Source: Rhynchobatus australiae
Lineage: Eukaryota
Direction: 5' to 3'
DNA: 64,000 nt
NCBI GenBank assembly: GCA_034780895.1
Contig: JAUZTB010000068.1
Coordinates: 16,492,842-16,556,841 of the forward strand
Part shown: piece after piece, positions 1-11,220 of the stretch
Layout: the number at the start of each line of letters is the position of its first letter
Numbering within the stretch: the first letter of the stretch is position 1
Translations under genes and position numbers: made by a program
Notes under the pieces: generated by a model
The model's input: the letters and a program-made list of their open reading frames with translations, nothing else
What the model was told of the DNA's origin: nothing
Database searches by the model: none

Positions 1-457
1 CCCTCACCTCCACCACCAAATCATCATCATTCGGTATAGCTTAGGACAATAAGAATATTCAGCATGTTGCATGTATTGCAGAATTAGTTTTGTATCCAGG
101 ATACAATTCAAATATTTCATGTTTTACGCCTTATGAGGAGAAGCATTTCTCATAATAGTGTAATATGTATACTTTTCCTTTGGCATTCCATCTGTCAAAT
201 TGCACTGGAATTTGGCAAGCAGTGTGTAAATTGATGTTAGATTACTAGGAGAAGGTTTATGGAATCTGGTTATCTCATCAGTTGAAAATGGTTCACCTAT
301 ATAGGGACTAAACAATTGTTTGAAAAACATATACAGTAATTAAAGTAGAAAAAAAATGAAGGTTTGGAAACAATTCCAGGATTTAATTTGTTAAATAATG
401 TTGATCTTTGAAAGAATATATTGACAAAGAGTAAAATAGGTTCTGGTTTTATTCTAG

Positions 458-548
458 GCACAAAACAGAGCTACCTATTATGCACCAAATCAGATGGCTC
501 AGATGAGACCCAGTACTCGCTGGCAACAGCAACAAACCAGGCCCCAAG
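458..548 (+). CDS. PABPC4: PABPC4-like internal coding exon (linker region), AQNRATYYAPNQMAQMRPSTRWQQQQTRPQ(G)
   Basis: ttctag acceptor, G|gtaggt donor, 91 nt, phase 0 to 1. The peptide resembles the PABPC1/4 linker (YYxPNQxAQMRPxxRW). Upstream exons lie outside the window. Confidence 0.9.
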
Positions 549-689
549 GTAGGTTTGGTAGTTATATAATTATTTGCCTGACATTCGAGAGGATGTGGTT
601 TATGTAAAAGACAATGAATGTTTACAACTCCAAAAAATTGCAAGTACTGACAGGAAAGTTTCTTTCTGATGAAAAATCTTCTTTGCCAA

Positions 690-1915
690 ACAGTATTTGA
701 AAGAATAATGGCTTACAAATTTTTGAAAAGTTAACAAGGAGAGTCGAGGAAGATAATGCCTTTGATGGAGTGTACATGGATTTCTGCAAGGCTTTTTAGC
801 TAGGCTAGTCAAAAAAAGTTAAATGCCCTTGAAATTTAAGAAAGTGTGGCAAATTAGATCCAAAACTGTCTTATTGGCAAGAAACAATGGGTTGACTGGT
901 ATTTTTATGACTGAATAGCTACGACCAGAGGAGTGCCCATAATTGGCTTAGCTGGAGGGGGCATGGAATAGAAATATATAGATAATACAAAAGTAGGATA
1001 TGGAGTTGAGGAGGAGGAGGAGAGCTTTGATCTCTGAAAGGTAAAGATGGCCGGTTAGTTGGGCAGAAAGTGGCAAATGGAACTTTATCCAGACATGTGA
1101 GGTAATGCATTTGGAGAGGTGTAAAAAGGCAAGGGAATACTCAGTAAATGGAAGGATTTTGAGAGATGTGGAGGAAAAGGAGACCTTGGAGTATATGTCC
1201 AGCAGATTTTTAAAAATAGCAGGATTGGTCAATAAGGCAGTTAAAAAGGCAAATAGAATGCTCTCTCNNNNNNNNNNNNNNNNNNNNNNNNNNNNNNNNN
1301 NNNNNNNNNNNNNNNNNNNNNNNNNNNNNNNNNNNNNNNNNNNNNNNNNNNNNNNNNNNNNNNNNNNCAAATAGAATGCTCTCTCATATTAAATGAGGTA
1401 AAGAATATAAGAGCAGGGAATTCATCCTGGAACTACATACAACATTAGACCACAGCTTGAGTACTGCATACAATTCTGGCCACCGTATTTAAGGAATGAT
1501 AAGGTTGCAATGGAAAGGGTGCAGGAGTTTCAGTAAATATTGTCAGGGCTGAAATTTCAAATATGGGGAAAGATTTTAATCGGCTGTTTATTTTGGGAGC
1601 CGAGGGGAGACTGAGGTGTATAAAATTATGAGCATCCTGGCTGGATTAAATAACAAGGACCTACATCTTTTTGAGGGATAGATTTAAAATAAATGATAAA
1701 AGGATTAGAGAGAAAATGAGGAAAGTATTTTTCATCCATAAAATGGTAGAAGCACATATCACACTTGGAAGCATATCTGAATGTGTACTTGTAAAGTCAT
1801 GACCTGCAAGTCTAAAGACAAGTACTGGAAAGTGGGTTTAGGCTAGATAACACTTTTTCAACCAGCACACACAATGGGCCAAGTGGCTTACTTTTGTGTG
1901 CAAATTTTCTGTGAT
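690..1915 (+). mobile_element. Degenerate CR1-type LINE, RT and 3' end
   Basis: Broken frames resembling VYMDFxKAF, WAEKWQM...CEVMHxG, RDLGV, RPQLEYCxQFW and RLRGDLxEVYKI, with many stops and indels. Confidence 0.75.
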
Positions 1916-3689
1916 TCCATTCCACAATTTCACAGAATATAATTGTGGTTTGTGCAATCTCTTTTTGTACTTTGACCCTTGGTGTCTGGGTATCATTTTG
2001 CTAAATGTACACTATTCTCTCTCCAAGAGCTCACTATATTGCAGGTGTTTTTAAACCATGTCTTTGTGTAGCTGTAGCATAAATTTTACTCTCTCGTGCT
2101 CTAGTCCTTTAGATTTAAAGGTTAGCATTCTAGTTTTTTTGATTTTATTTTCTGTATCTGTGCATGGTGTTTTAATGATCAATGTGTACGGACAGCTAGT
2201 CTCCACAAGACTGCTTGTTTTTGACATTTTGGAATGGGATCAGCCTTGTGGACCATGAAGATCTCAGGATTGATTTTTTTTCTTGATCCCTTGATTTTTG
2301 TAATGAGGTCTTCTAAGTTAGAATTTTAGTTTGGAAGCAGATGTTTTGATGTACATATGACCAATAAAGATATATTATTATATTATTATTTCCTGGCCCC
2401 ACTCTCTGCCAGGTGATCAACGTGCAATGTTAAACCTGATTGGTCTTGAATTGCAGTATTCCAAGTATTTATCCTATATACCTTCCCTGGGAATGATCAA
2501 ATCTGAGAGGAGATGGGAAGGAATATAAATTCATTGTGTTCACAGTTAATTCATTGGCCTATCCCACTTAGTAGTAAAGAGCATATAAAATGAACCATGT
2601 GTACTTTCATGATTATTTTAAACTATCAGTTGTGTTCCTATTACATATCTCTAGTTTGAAGTCATGGAAAGTTTGTAAATATAATGTGTATTTGCTGATG
2701 TTTAGTAAAATATTCACTTGAATAATTGATTAGCCTAGCTGTTGAATTGTAATCTGGTTCTGGGGAGGCAACAGATTGTGAGTAGAATATGAACTTAAGT
2801 AAATATTAGCTCTGTAACATGCAAGGTGGAAGTACATTTTTAAATTGAGAACTTTTTACTTCATTTTGCCAATTTAGTGGAAAACTCCTGATTCCTAACA
2901 ACAGTCTGTAATATTGTTGCATGTTCACGTAGGTATTTGACTTGCAAACCTGGAGATGTGACTTGTGCACAAGTACGATGGATCTTTTGACAGCTAGTGT
3001 AAGTCACAAGTATAAATTTATCCTGGTACAATTCCTCAGGCTTTAGGGTATTAAATCAATCATTAACTTATCCATTCCTACAAATTCAACATTATAAACA
3101 CCCAACAAATTTTATTATCTAATCTGTGAATTTACTCACAAATTAGTTATGTGGTACCATTAATAGTGTAGGTGACCTACTGTGCAAAGNNNNNNNNNNN
3201 NNNNNNNNNNNNNNNNNNNNNNNNNNNNNNNNNNNNNNNNNNNNNNNNNNNNNNNNNNNNNNNNNNNNNNNNNNNNNNNNNNNNNNNNNNNNNNNNNNNN
3301 NNNNNNNNNNNNNNNNNNNNNNNNNNNNNNNNNNNNNNNNNNNNNNNNNNNNNNNNNNNNNNNNNNNNNNNNNNNTTGCAGTTTAAGAACTAAACTGCAA
3401 AAGCTGAAATATTGTAGATTTGGTGGGGAATGGTGGTGGGTGGGGAGAGAGAATTTGTTAAAATGGGTAAATTCTTCAAAAGTAAATTGGGATGCACAGT
3501 TTAATATGGAATGCGATTGATCTGGGAAAATAAGAGAAGTGAAGTTTTTTTAATAGTGTGGGTTAAAGCGTAGGAGGAGACTGTTGGACAAGTTGAATCT
3601 GGAGGGAAGCAGCATGAATAACCTTTTCAATGAAAGTGAGGAAAGGAAAGGGGAGCCATTGTTATAAATGTGAAATGAAGAATAAACCA

Positions 3690-4830
3690 CAAGTAGGAGT
3701 AAGCCATTTGGCACCTTATGCCTGCTCTGTCATTCAATAACATCGTGGGTGATCTTTTACTTCTTTGCCACTTTCCTGTTCTGACTCCATATCCCTCGGT
3801 TTCCTTAATATCTAATTAATCTCTTTTTAATATACTCAGTGACCTATTGGGTAGAGAATTCCAAAGATTCACTACCATCTGGGTGAAGAAACTTCATCGA
3901 ATGTCTATCTTGAGGGGCCACTCCCTTATTTTGAAATTCTGAGACCTGTCAGTGGAAACATCAGTTCTGTGTCTACCCTGTTAAGCCCCAGAAGAATTTT
4001 GTACATTACCATTAGGTCCCCTCTAATTCTAAACTCAAGACTATAGGGCCTATCTGTTTAATATCTCCTGTTATGATAAATGTGCCATTCCAAGATTCAA
4101 ATTTTGCTGCCTTTTCTCTATTGCAAGTATATCCTTACTTAAGTAAGAAGATCAGCTAATATGCAGATCTCCAGATGAGATGTCTCCATGGCCCAATATA
4201 ATTGGAGCAAGGTGTCCCTGTTCTTGTACTAAAATCCTCTTGCAATAATGTACAATATACCATTTCCCTTCCTAGTCACTTACTATACCTAAATGATAAT
4301 TGTCAGTGTACAAAGACATCATGATCTCTCTTAACGCCAAGACCTTTCAGTCTGTCACTACTTTTCTACTTTATCAATGACCTTACATTTTTCCCATCTG
4401 CTACGTCTTTGCCCATTTACCTAATCCATCTGTATTCCTCTGAAGGCTCTCTGCATCCTTCTCACAGCCCATTCTGCCATCTAGCCACTTAGCTTAGTAT
4501 CATCAGAAAATTTAGATGTATTACACTTGATCCTCTCCAAATCATTGATATAGATTATGTACATATTTGGCTGCAAAACTGATTTGTGTGGCATCCCACT
4601 GATGCATCTATTCCTACTCTCAATCTTCTGTCCTTTAGCTGGTTCCTAGTCCATGGGAGTGTATTGCCCCTAAACCCATGCACTCAAATTTTGTTTAATG
4701 ATCTCTTGTGGTTCTTCAAAGGTTTTCTGACTGTCCAAATGCACCATTTACCTTAGCTATTCAGCATATTACAACCTCAAAAATGTTTTAATATATTTGT
4801 CAAACATGATTTCCTTTCATGAATTCAGAT
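3690..4830 (-). mobile_element. Degenerate CR1-type LINE 3' region
   Basis: Antisense CR1 3'-end phrases (ggtagagaattccaaagattcactacc...gtgaagaaa; ccaaatcattgatatagatt). Confidence 0.7.
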
Positions 4831-4859
4831 CTCTGCCTAATCCTATTGTTATTTTAATG

Positions 4860-5100
4860 TCATAGAGAGATATATCACAGAAACAGGCCCTTTGGCCCAC
4901 CAAGTCTGCGCTGACCAACAACCGGCCATTTAAACTACTACATTAATCCCCTTTTTTATTTTTCCCATATCATGATTAACTACACCCAGATTCTACCACT
5001 CACCTACATACTGGGGGCAATTTACAGTGGCCACTTAGCCTACCAATCCAATCGTCTTTGGGATGTGGGAGGAAACCCACGCAGTTACAGGGCAAATACG
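4860..5100 (-). mobile_element. tRNA-derived SINE with CR1-like tail (HE1/V-SINE-like)
   Basis: acagaaacaggccctttggcccacc...cagattctaccact...tttgggatgtgggaggaaacccacgcag, homologous to the copy at 20545-21189. Confidence 0.7.
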
Positions 5101-5626
5101 CTGTTGCCACTTGTTTCGTAAGAAATTTCAGCATTTTTCCTGCTACTGATGTTATGCTATCTCATCTATAAAGTTCCCTTTTTTATCTCCCCTTTCTTTT
5201 TTCAGTAGTGTTCAGCAGTCTTACTGATGGGTAGAATATATTTTTGAAGCTCAGCTCAAGGTCAAACATGCGCAGATCTGGTATCCACTGATATTTCCCT
5301 CCCCAGTTTAACCTGCTGCTTTTATGTTTCCTTCTCTTGCCCAATCTGAGGAAAATAATGCCCTCCAACACAGGCAGCTTGTAATGAAATCATCCAGTGA
5401 GGATTTTTTCATTAGCTTTAGCTATAAATGAAGACACTTAATTTCCTACCAAAATAACTAGCTTAAAATTTTATAAAAGGACATGAATAGTTTTGTGTAA
5501 GTTCTAATCTTCCTCATTTGTGCATGTTCCAGATGGTGCTGTGCTGGGCTTCAGAAGCCTGAAGTGTATATGTACTTCTGAAAGGTTAGTTTGATTGTTT
5601 TCATTGTCAGTTCTTTACTTAAACAG

Positions 5627-5743
5627 GATTCCAAGCCATGCCAAATGCCCTTCGCCAGGGAGGTCCCAGGCCTTCTCTTCGTCACCTTACCCCAACAGGA
5701 AATGCTCAGGGTTCTCGAGGTATTCCTGGTGCACAAAGAATGG
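5627..5743 (+). CDS. PABPC4: PABPC4-like coding exon, (G)[38 protein letters not shown](G)
   Basis: aaacag acceptor, gtgagt donor, 117 nt, phase 1 to 1. RQxGPRPxLRHLxPTGN is PABPC4-type rather than PABPC1-type. Confidence 0.92.
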
Positions 5744-6457
5744 GTGAGTTTATATAATTTAAAAAAAATTGTAATCTTTTTGCAGCTTCCATGAATCTAA
5801 CGGTGCATCAAATAGCATAGTGTAACTGGACTACTAATTCAAGTACTGACCTAATGAACTAGAAATTCCAATGTTCACATGGCAGTTGAAGAGCTAAAAT
5901 TCAGTTAATTACTGAGGTAAATCTGTAATCAGTAATGATGACTATAAAATTACTAAATTGTATCAGAAAATTTGGTTCTGATAATTTTCTTTCCCTCTTG
6001 AAATTTGCACTTGTGGATCATTGAGAACAGTATCAGGCCCTGCGGTAGTGCTTCTAATGTCAAGTAGCCTACAAACATGTACCATTACCCTTCCTGCTTT
6101 TAGGACAGCTGCCTCTCAGACATGTGGCTTTGAAGATCTGGTATTAGAGAAAATTGGCAAAGAGAAGTTTCCAAACAGTGCATGTACTAATTAGTTTGTT
6201 CTTGCATCACTGTGTACTGTTGACTTTCACCATTTTAAAGAAAACCTTCAACTGGATCGTGAAATAACAGATTTGTTTAATCCACCTTTTCATAAACCTG
6301 ATACCAATTCCTAGGCTTTACTTAGAGTACATCTAAGAAATGCTGAAGAATTATCCAGTATGGATGAAGCCTTTCTTTAAAAAGTGAAATTGACAACTTA
6401 TAATGATGCTGATCTTTTGTTCAAGTTTATGGAAACTTCATTGCTTTGTAATTTCAG

Positions 6458-6597
6458 GATTATCTACAACACAGAATCTGGCACATCGCCCTGGAATTGC
6501 TGGCCCAACACCACGGGGGGTTCCACCTTACAAATATGCCTCCACAGTCAGGAACCCACAGCAATCAGTAGTGCAAACTCAAATGGGTGTACAGCAG
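6458..6597 (+). CDS. PABPC4: PABPC4-like coding exon, (G)LSTTQNLAHRPGIAGPTPRGVPPYKYASTVRNPQQSVVQTQMGVQQ
   Basis: tttcag acceptor, CAG|gtacaa donor, 140 nt, phase 1 to 0. Contains the conserved PABP YKYAxxVRNP motif. Confidence 0.92.
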
Positions 6598-7049
6598 GTA
6601 CAATAAGTTCATAATGTATCCATTCAAATATTGATAATGAATATATGAGTATGACAATGAATTATGTTAATTAAATATAATAGAAATTTGGCTAATCTAA
6701 ATTTTTGCATATTAGACACGTAATATATTTAGCTATTTAAGGACCATGGTTATAAAAATAGTTAACAAATTATCTTCCTTTTTCATGTAAAAGCATGAAA
6801 ACATTTAATTAAGTAATGCAGTGATTTTGTGTCTCAAATATGAGAGAATATATATGAACATTATTGTTAATTAACTCTATCAAAATTCAGAATTAAGTGT
6901 TGGCTTAACAACCCTATTTAAAAATATGCAAGAAACTAGACACACATGCAGTGTCACAGAAGAAATGACTATCTTAGTTTTGATAATTGGTTTTAGTTGT
7001 AGTTTGGAAGCTGTTTCTGGTTGCTTGTAGAATCAGAAAAGTATTTGAT

Positions 7050-7980
7050 AAAGAAAGAGGCCTCCTTGTCCTGGCCAGCTGAAAGAGAGCTATCCAGCCT
7101 AATCCCACTTTTGGTCTTGATGCATATCCTTGTAAAGTTGTGGCACATTCAGTAGTCATCCAAGTACCTTTCAAATTTGCTGAAGGTTTCTGCCTCAACC
7201 ATCCATTCATCCATTCTTCCACTGAGGCAAAAAGATTTAACTCAACATTCCACAAATCCTATGGCCAGGTATCTTAAATCTACGTTCCATGTTTATTGAC
7301 CTCTTTTCTGAACAGTCCATGAACCTATTAACACTACCTCATTATTACTTTTTTTTGCACTATTTATTTATTTTGTAATTTATAGTAATTTTATATTTTT
7401 ACACTGTAGTGCTGATGTAAAACAACTAATTTACGTTATATAAAAGTGATAATAAATCTGATTCTGAATGAAATGGATCCTTCCTGCTTACCCTTTTGAG
7501 TCTTCTAATCATTTTATAGACCATAACTACTCCTGTTCCAAAGAAAATAACTCCAGCCTAGCTAATCATTTATTATAGCTGAAATCTTCTAGTCCTAGGT
7601 ACATGCTCATAACTATCCTCTAAGTACTAATGCTGTCACGTGCTCCCTGTAATGTAGTGAACAGAATTGTACAAAGTGCCTTAGTCATAACCTAATTAGT
7701 GTTTTATATAATTCTAGCATGACCTTAATGGTTCTTGTATTCTTTAAAAGCCAGTATCCCAAGTGCATCATCTACCTGGTCTGCTACCTTCAGGGATCTT
7801 TGAACATGCACTTCAAGGCCTCTCTATTCCTCAGCATCAAACTAATGTGCTATCCCTACCCCAATGGATTACCAGTAGATTGAATTTCACTTTTTACTTT
7901 TGTGTCCACCTGACTAGTCCATTGATACAATCCTGTAATCTACATCTTTCCTCCTTACTATCAACCATTGTTAATCTTTT
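7050..7980 (-). mobile_element. Degenerate CR1-type LINE remnant with a nested short LINE tail (about 7330-7467, ending gataataaatctgattctga)
   Basis: Antisense CR1 phrases. The nested tail recurs at about 60180-60293. Confidence 0.55.
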
Positions 7981-8064
7981 GGGAATGGATTGCCACCGGT
8001 GGGTATAGAAGAAGGACAATTTTTAGCTAACTGGTGACCATGATTTTCCTGCTTTTTTCTTAAG

Positions 8065-8158
8065 CCCTCTCAGACTGCAGTGCTGGTACAAGGACAGGAA
8101 CCCCTGACTGCCTCCATGCTTGCTGCAGCTCCTCCTCAGGAACAGAAGCAGATGCTTG
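8065..8158 (+). CDS. PABPC4: PABPC4-like coding exon, start of the MLLE/PABC domain, [31 protein letters not shown](G)
   Basis: Pyrimidine tract plus taag acceptor (an alternative in-frame cag would start the exon at 8074), gtaaat donor, 94 nt. Canonical [12 protein letters not shown] motif. Confidence 0.95.
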
Positions 8159-8338
8159 GTAAATGAATGCTGAAGTACCTCTCCTGATGAATTTAAAATG
8201 TACTGTTTTGAATTTCCAAAGGTACTCTGTTATTGGAAATTGTAAATGTGGAACCAGATATGTACATAGAAAGTAATATTTAACATCTCACACACTGTTC
8301 CCTCGATCATGAAACCCTTTCCTGTTGTTTTTCCCCAG

Positions 8339-8469
8339 GTGAACGTCTGTTCCCTTTGATCCAGAGTATGCATCCTTCCCTAGCTGGAAAAATTACTGGA
8401 ATGCTTCTTGAGATAGACAATTCTGAGTTGCTACATATGTTAGAATCACCAGAATCACTACGATCAAAG
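8339..8469 (+). CDS. PABPC4: PABPC4-like coding exon, MLLE core, (G)[43 protein letters not shown]
   Basis: ccccag acceptor, gtatgc donor, 131 nt. KITGMLLE signature is intact. Confidence 0.97.
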
Positions 8470-8528
8470 GTATGCTGACTCAGCTTATTCATTTAATGGT
8501 TGTTGAATGACAGCTGTGTATTTAAAGA

Positions 8529-9258
8529 TACAGTTGAACCCCATGTACAGAGGTGTTGCATTCCTAGCAAACTGTCCATATTATGTTTTTTCCATAAAGC
8601 AAACCCTATTTCCCATTGACTTCCCATGTTATATATGGAGATATGTTAGCATGGTATGTTTTTTTTCTTGATATTAGTGATAGTACTGCAGCTGCTGGTT
8701 CATGGTCAGGGGCCATTTAAGAGATTTCCTTGTCTGTTTCCAAAGCAAACCTCTTAAGTGGCCAGCAGCTATATTTGAAGACACTGTAGCAAGTCTCACA
8801 ACTTTAAGTATTGTGTAAAGTTTATCTCAAGCATCGATCTTTGTAAAATATCAAGCTTTACATCCAGCAAAATTCCTTTATGAAGTCATTTAGGCTTACA
8901 ACTTGCACAAACTTACTGGCCCTGTTTCAGACATCGTGAGGGTAAATATTATGGAAAATGCTTAGAAAGAAAACTGTTAAACTGCACAGTGTTTTACAAT
9001 GAACTTACTGTGTTTTTTAAAAAAAGCCATGTTATCTGTGTGTGCGTCAAGAAATTCGAATTGTATAAAATATAAATAGACAAAATTTGTTGTTTCTTTT
9101 ACATTTGTTTATTTAATTTTAAAGAAACATTCCCACTTAAATACCAGAAGGGCAATTTTTTAAAAATTCTGTACCTCAGATTTTTGGGAAGTGATTTGTG
9201 AATTCAGTAAGGGCAAATTTCCATAACTCAAATGGTTGTAAAGTAGCTGTCACCTGTA
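8529..9258. mobile_element. Possible old Tigger/pogo-like DNA transposon remnant in a PABPC4 intron
   Basis: Ends TAcagttga... and ...tcacctgTA, with subterminal ccataactcaaatggttgtaaag. The terminal inverted repeat match is short. Confidence 0.35.
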
Positions 9259-9673
9259 TGTGATGTTTTGCGTGCCTTGGATCGCTGCACAAGGAAAACT
9301 TTCAGGAGGATGAAATATTCCATTTCTCTGTAGCTTGAGGCACTGACAAAATATTGTCGTTCATGTAGAGGCCTGACAGTTGGATATGAATGTGCTCTCT
9401 TTAGGAAAATGCAAGGGTTATTCCACACCAAAGTTTGCCTTCTTGCTTGGGATTGACCTGGACGCATCTGGGGAATTGGGTTTCAAATTTCCTGTCCAGC
9501 TTGAATACACAAGATTATTAACTAGCTTGACTTCTGATGACTTGGCTACTCCATTTGTGGCATCCAGTGGTTCAACAAAAAAACAATGTGACTATATCAA
9601 TTTTAGTAAATATGTTATTGAAACCATTGCAGCGCTCGTTACATACAATTTTGGTTCGTGTTGGAATCTGCAG

Positions 9674-9760
9674 GTTGAAGAAGCTGTGGCTGTGCTGCAA
9701 GCTCACCAGGCCAAGAAAGAGGCAGCCCAGAAGGCAGCTGTGGTTGTAGCTACATCCTAA
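9674..9760 (+). CDS. PABPC4: PABPC4-like last coding exon, VEEAVAVLQAHQAKKEAAQKAAVVVATS*
   Basis: ctgcag acceptor, TAA at 9758-9760. The AKKEAAQK...ATS C-terminus matches PABPC4. A donor-like gtgagc follows at 9783. Confidence 0.95.
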   Translation, partial: VEEAVAVLQAHQAKKEAAQKAAVVVATS

Positions 9761-11220
9761 AGTGGGAGGAAGATATGCAACAGTGAGCATTTATATATTT
9801 GAATGACTTAGAATTTATTCTGTTTTTGATACTATTAACTGGCTTTAATTATGGCAGTGTTTGATTACCTGAATTGTCCTGATAAGAAATTGATGACCAA
9901 GTGCACCACTACTTTATTTGCAATTGGTACTCAGTTGAGTTAAATTAATAAAATGCATCATATAAATGCAAGCATAATTAAACCTTTCCTACTAATGCTG
10001 GTGGGGGGGGGGGGGGGTTGGTGGAGACACTTTGTAGTGTAGTGCATTCCATTCTTTGGCAAAGACAGAGTACTAGTTACATGCTGGAGGCTGACAGAGC
10101 TTATTGAGACTACTGTAAAGGAAGCTATAGCCTGTGAATCCTTAGCTTGTATTTCTATTTTTATTTTCAGTGAATATCCATAGTTAGGGACCCATGGACA
10201 GGAAGATTTTTGTTACATTGTTATTCAAAGAGAATTGTTCCACAAACTGGAACGAATAAATTTACTTTGATTATAGCAAATTTGCTTTCATTGCATTTCC
10301 TAGAAAGGCTCATTGCTGGTCCCGTGTTTGACCTCCAGCTTAGAGGAAGGGTTACTGAAAAGTCAACACAGCTTCTTGAAATGAACATTGTGTCTTATCA
10401 ATCTGGCTGAATTTATTGAGTAACTTTTAAGCATGGTAGATAAAGGTAGCCTGGGTGAGATGATATTTGTGGATTTTCAAGGAAGTTTTAACAAGAGGTA
10501 TTTGTGTTTCATGCACTTATCTTGGATTCAGTAGGGAATTGTTTACATTTTTGTACTTAATAGTTCTGTCTGGTGACCAGTGACCGACAAAATTCTGCAG
10601 GTTTGGAGTTAGTCACCACAAATCAAATTTGTCATTATGAGAGAAGTGTTCACGGTTTCACAGATGATGTCACTATAAGGAACTTAAAATGAGACTTTAT
10701 CAGCAATAAGACACAAATATTGTTTTAGTACAGATAAATGGAATTCACACTTGGTTATGATTGAAGTGAAGCACATATGTACCATTGAGGATTCCAAACT
10801 AAATAGTTATAGCATTTGAATTTCAGAAGATTCAAGTTATTTTGTTTTTTTTCTTTGCAGATTGCCAAGAACCAACGAATCCACAAATTTGGTTCAGATA
10901 TATTCAGACTGGATACGTGGATCGTGCTTAGCTTTAAGGGAAAAAAAAAACAAAAAACATTGCAAAATTTCAAATAACCAGATTCTGAAAGATTTTAATG
11001 TACTTTAAGTATTTAAAAGAAATATATTTTTTTACTTGCTCTGAATTTTTCTCAGAACACTTAGATTATCATTTGTCATGTTAACTTCCTTAAACTGTTC
11101 TTCATTGTAGTATTTACTGTCTTTTTTAGCTGGAAAAAAGATTTCTATCTAGTTCTTCATCAACATTATATATTTTAAATTCCAAATCCTCATTCGTCAT
11201 GAGTAAGCTATTTTATATAC

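Noticed and set aside
1250-1385. Direct repeats flanking N gaps (caaatagaatgctctctc here; similar at 22028/22146, about 26625/26745 and about 55477/55629)
   Set aside because: Identical or near-identical sequence on both sides of an N gap indicates unmerged contig overlaps, not biological repeats or target-site duplications.
2745-2822. Hairpin + AGAATA + ACA resembling an H/ACA snoRNA
   Set aside because: The second hairpin is far too short and unpaired.
5500-5545. Possible SNORA55-like H/ACA snoRNA (aatcttcctcatt...cagatggtgct), since human PABPC4 hosts SNORA55
   Set aside because: No complementary 5' stem, H box, second hairpin or ACA box in the space before the exon. An Infernal/Rfam scan would be decisive.
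9380-9673. In-frame open extension upstream of the last PABPC4 coding exon (126-aa ORF in the track)
   Set aside because: PABP similarity starts only at the ctgcag acceptor (exon start 9674). The upstream part reads as intron.
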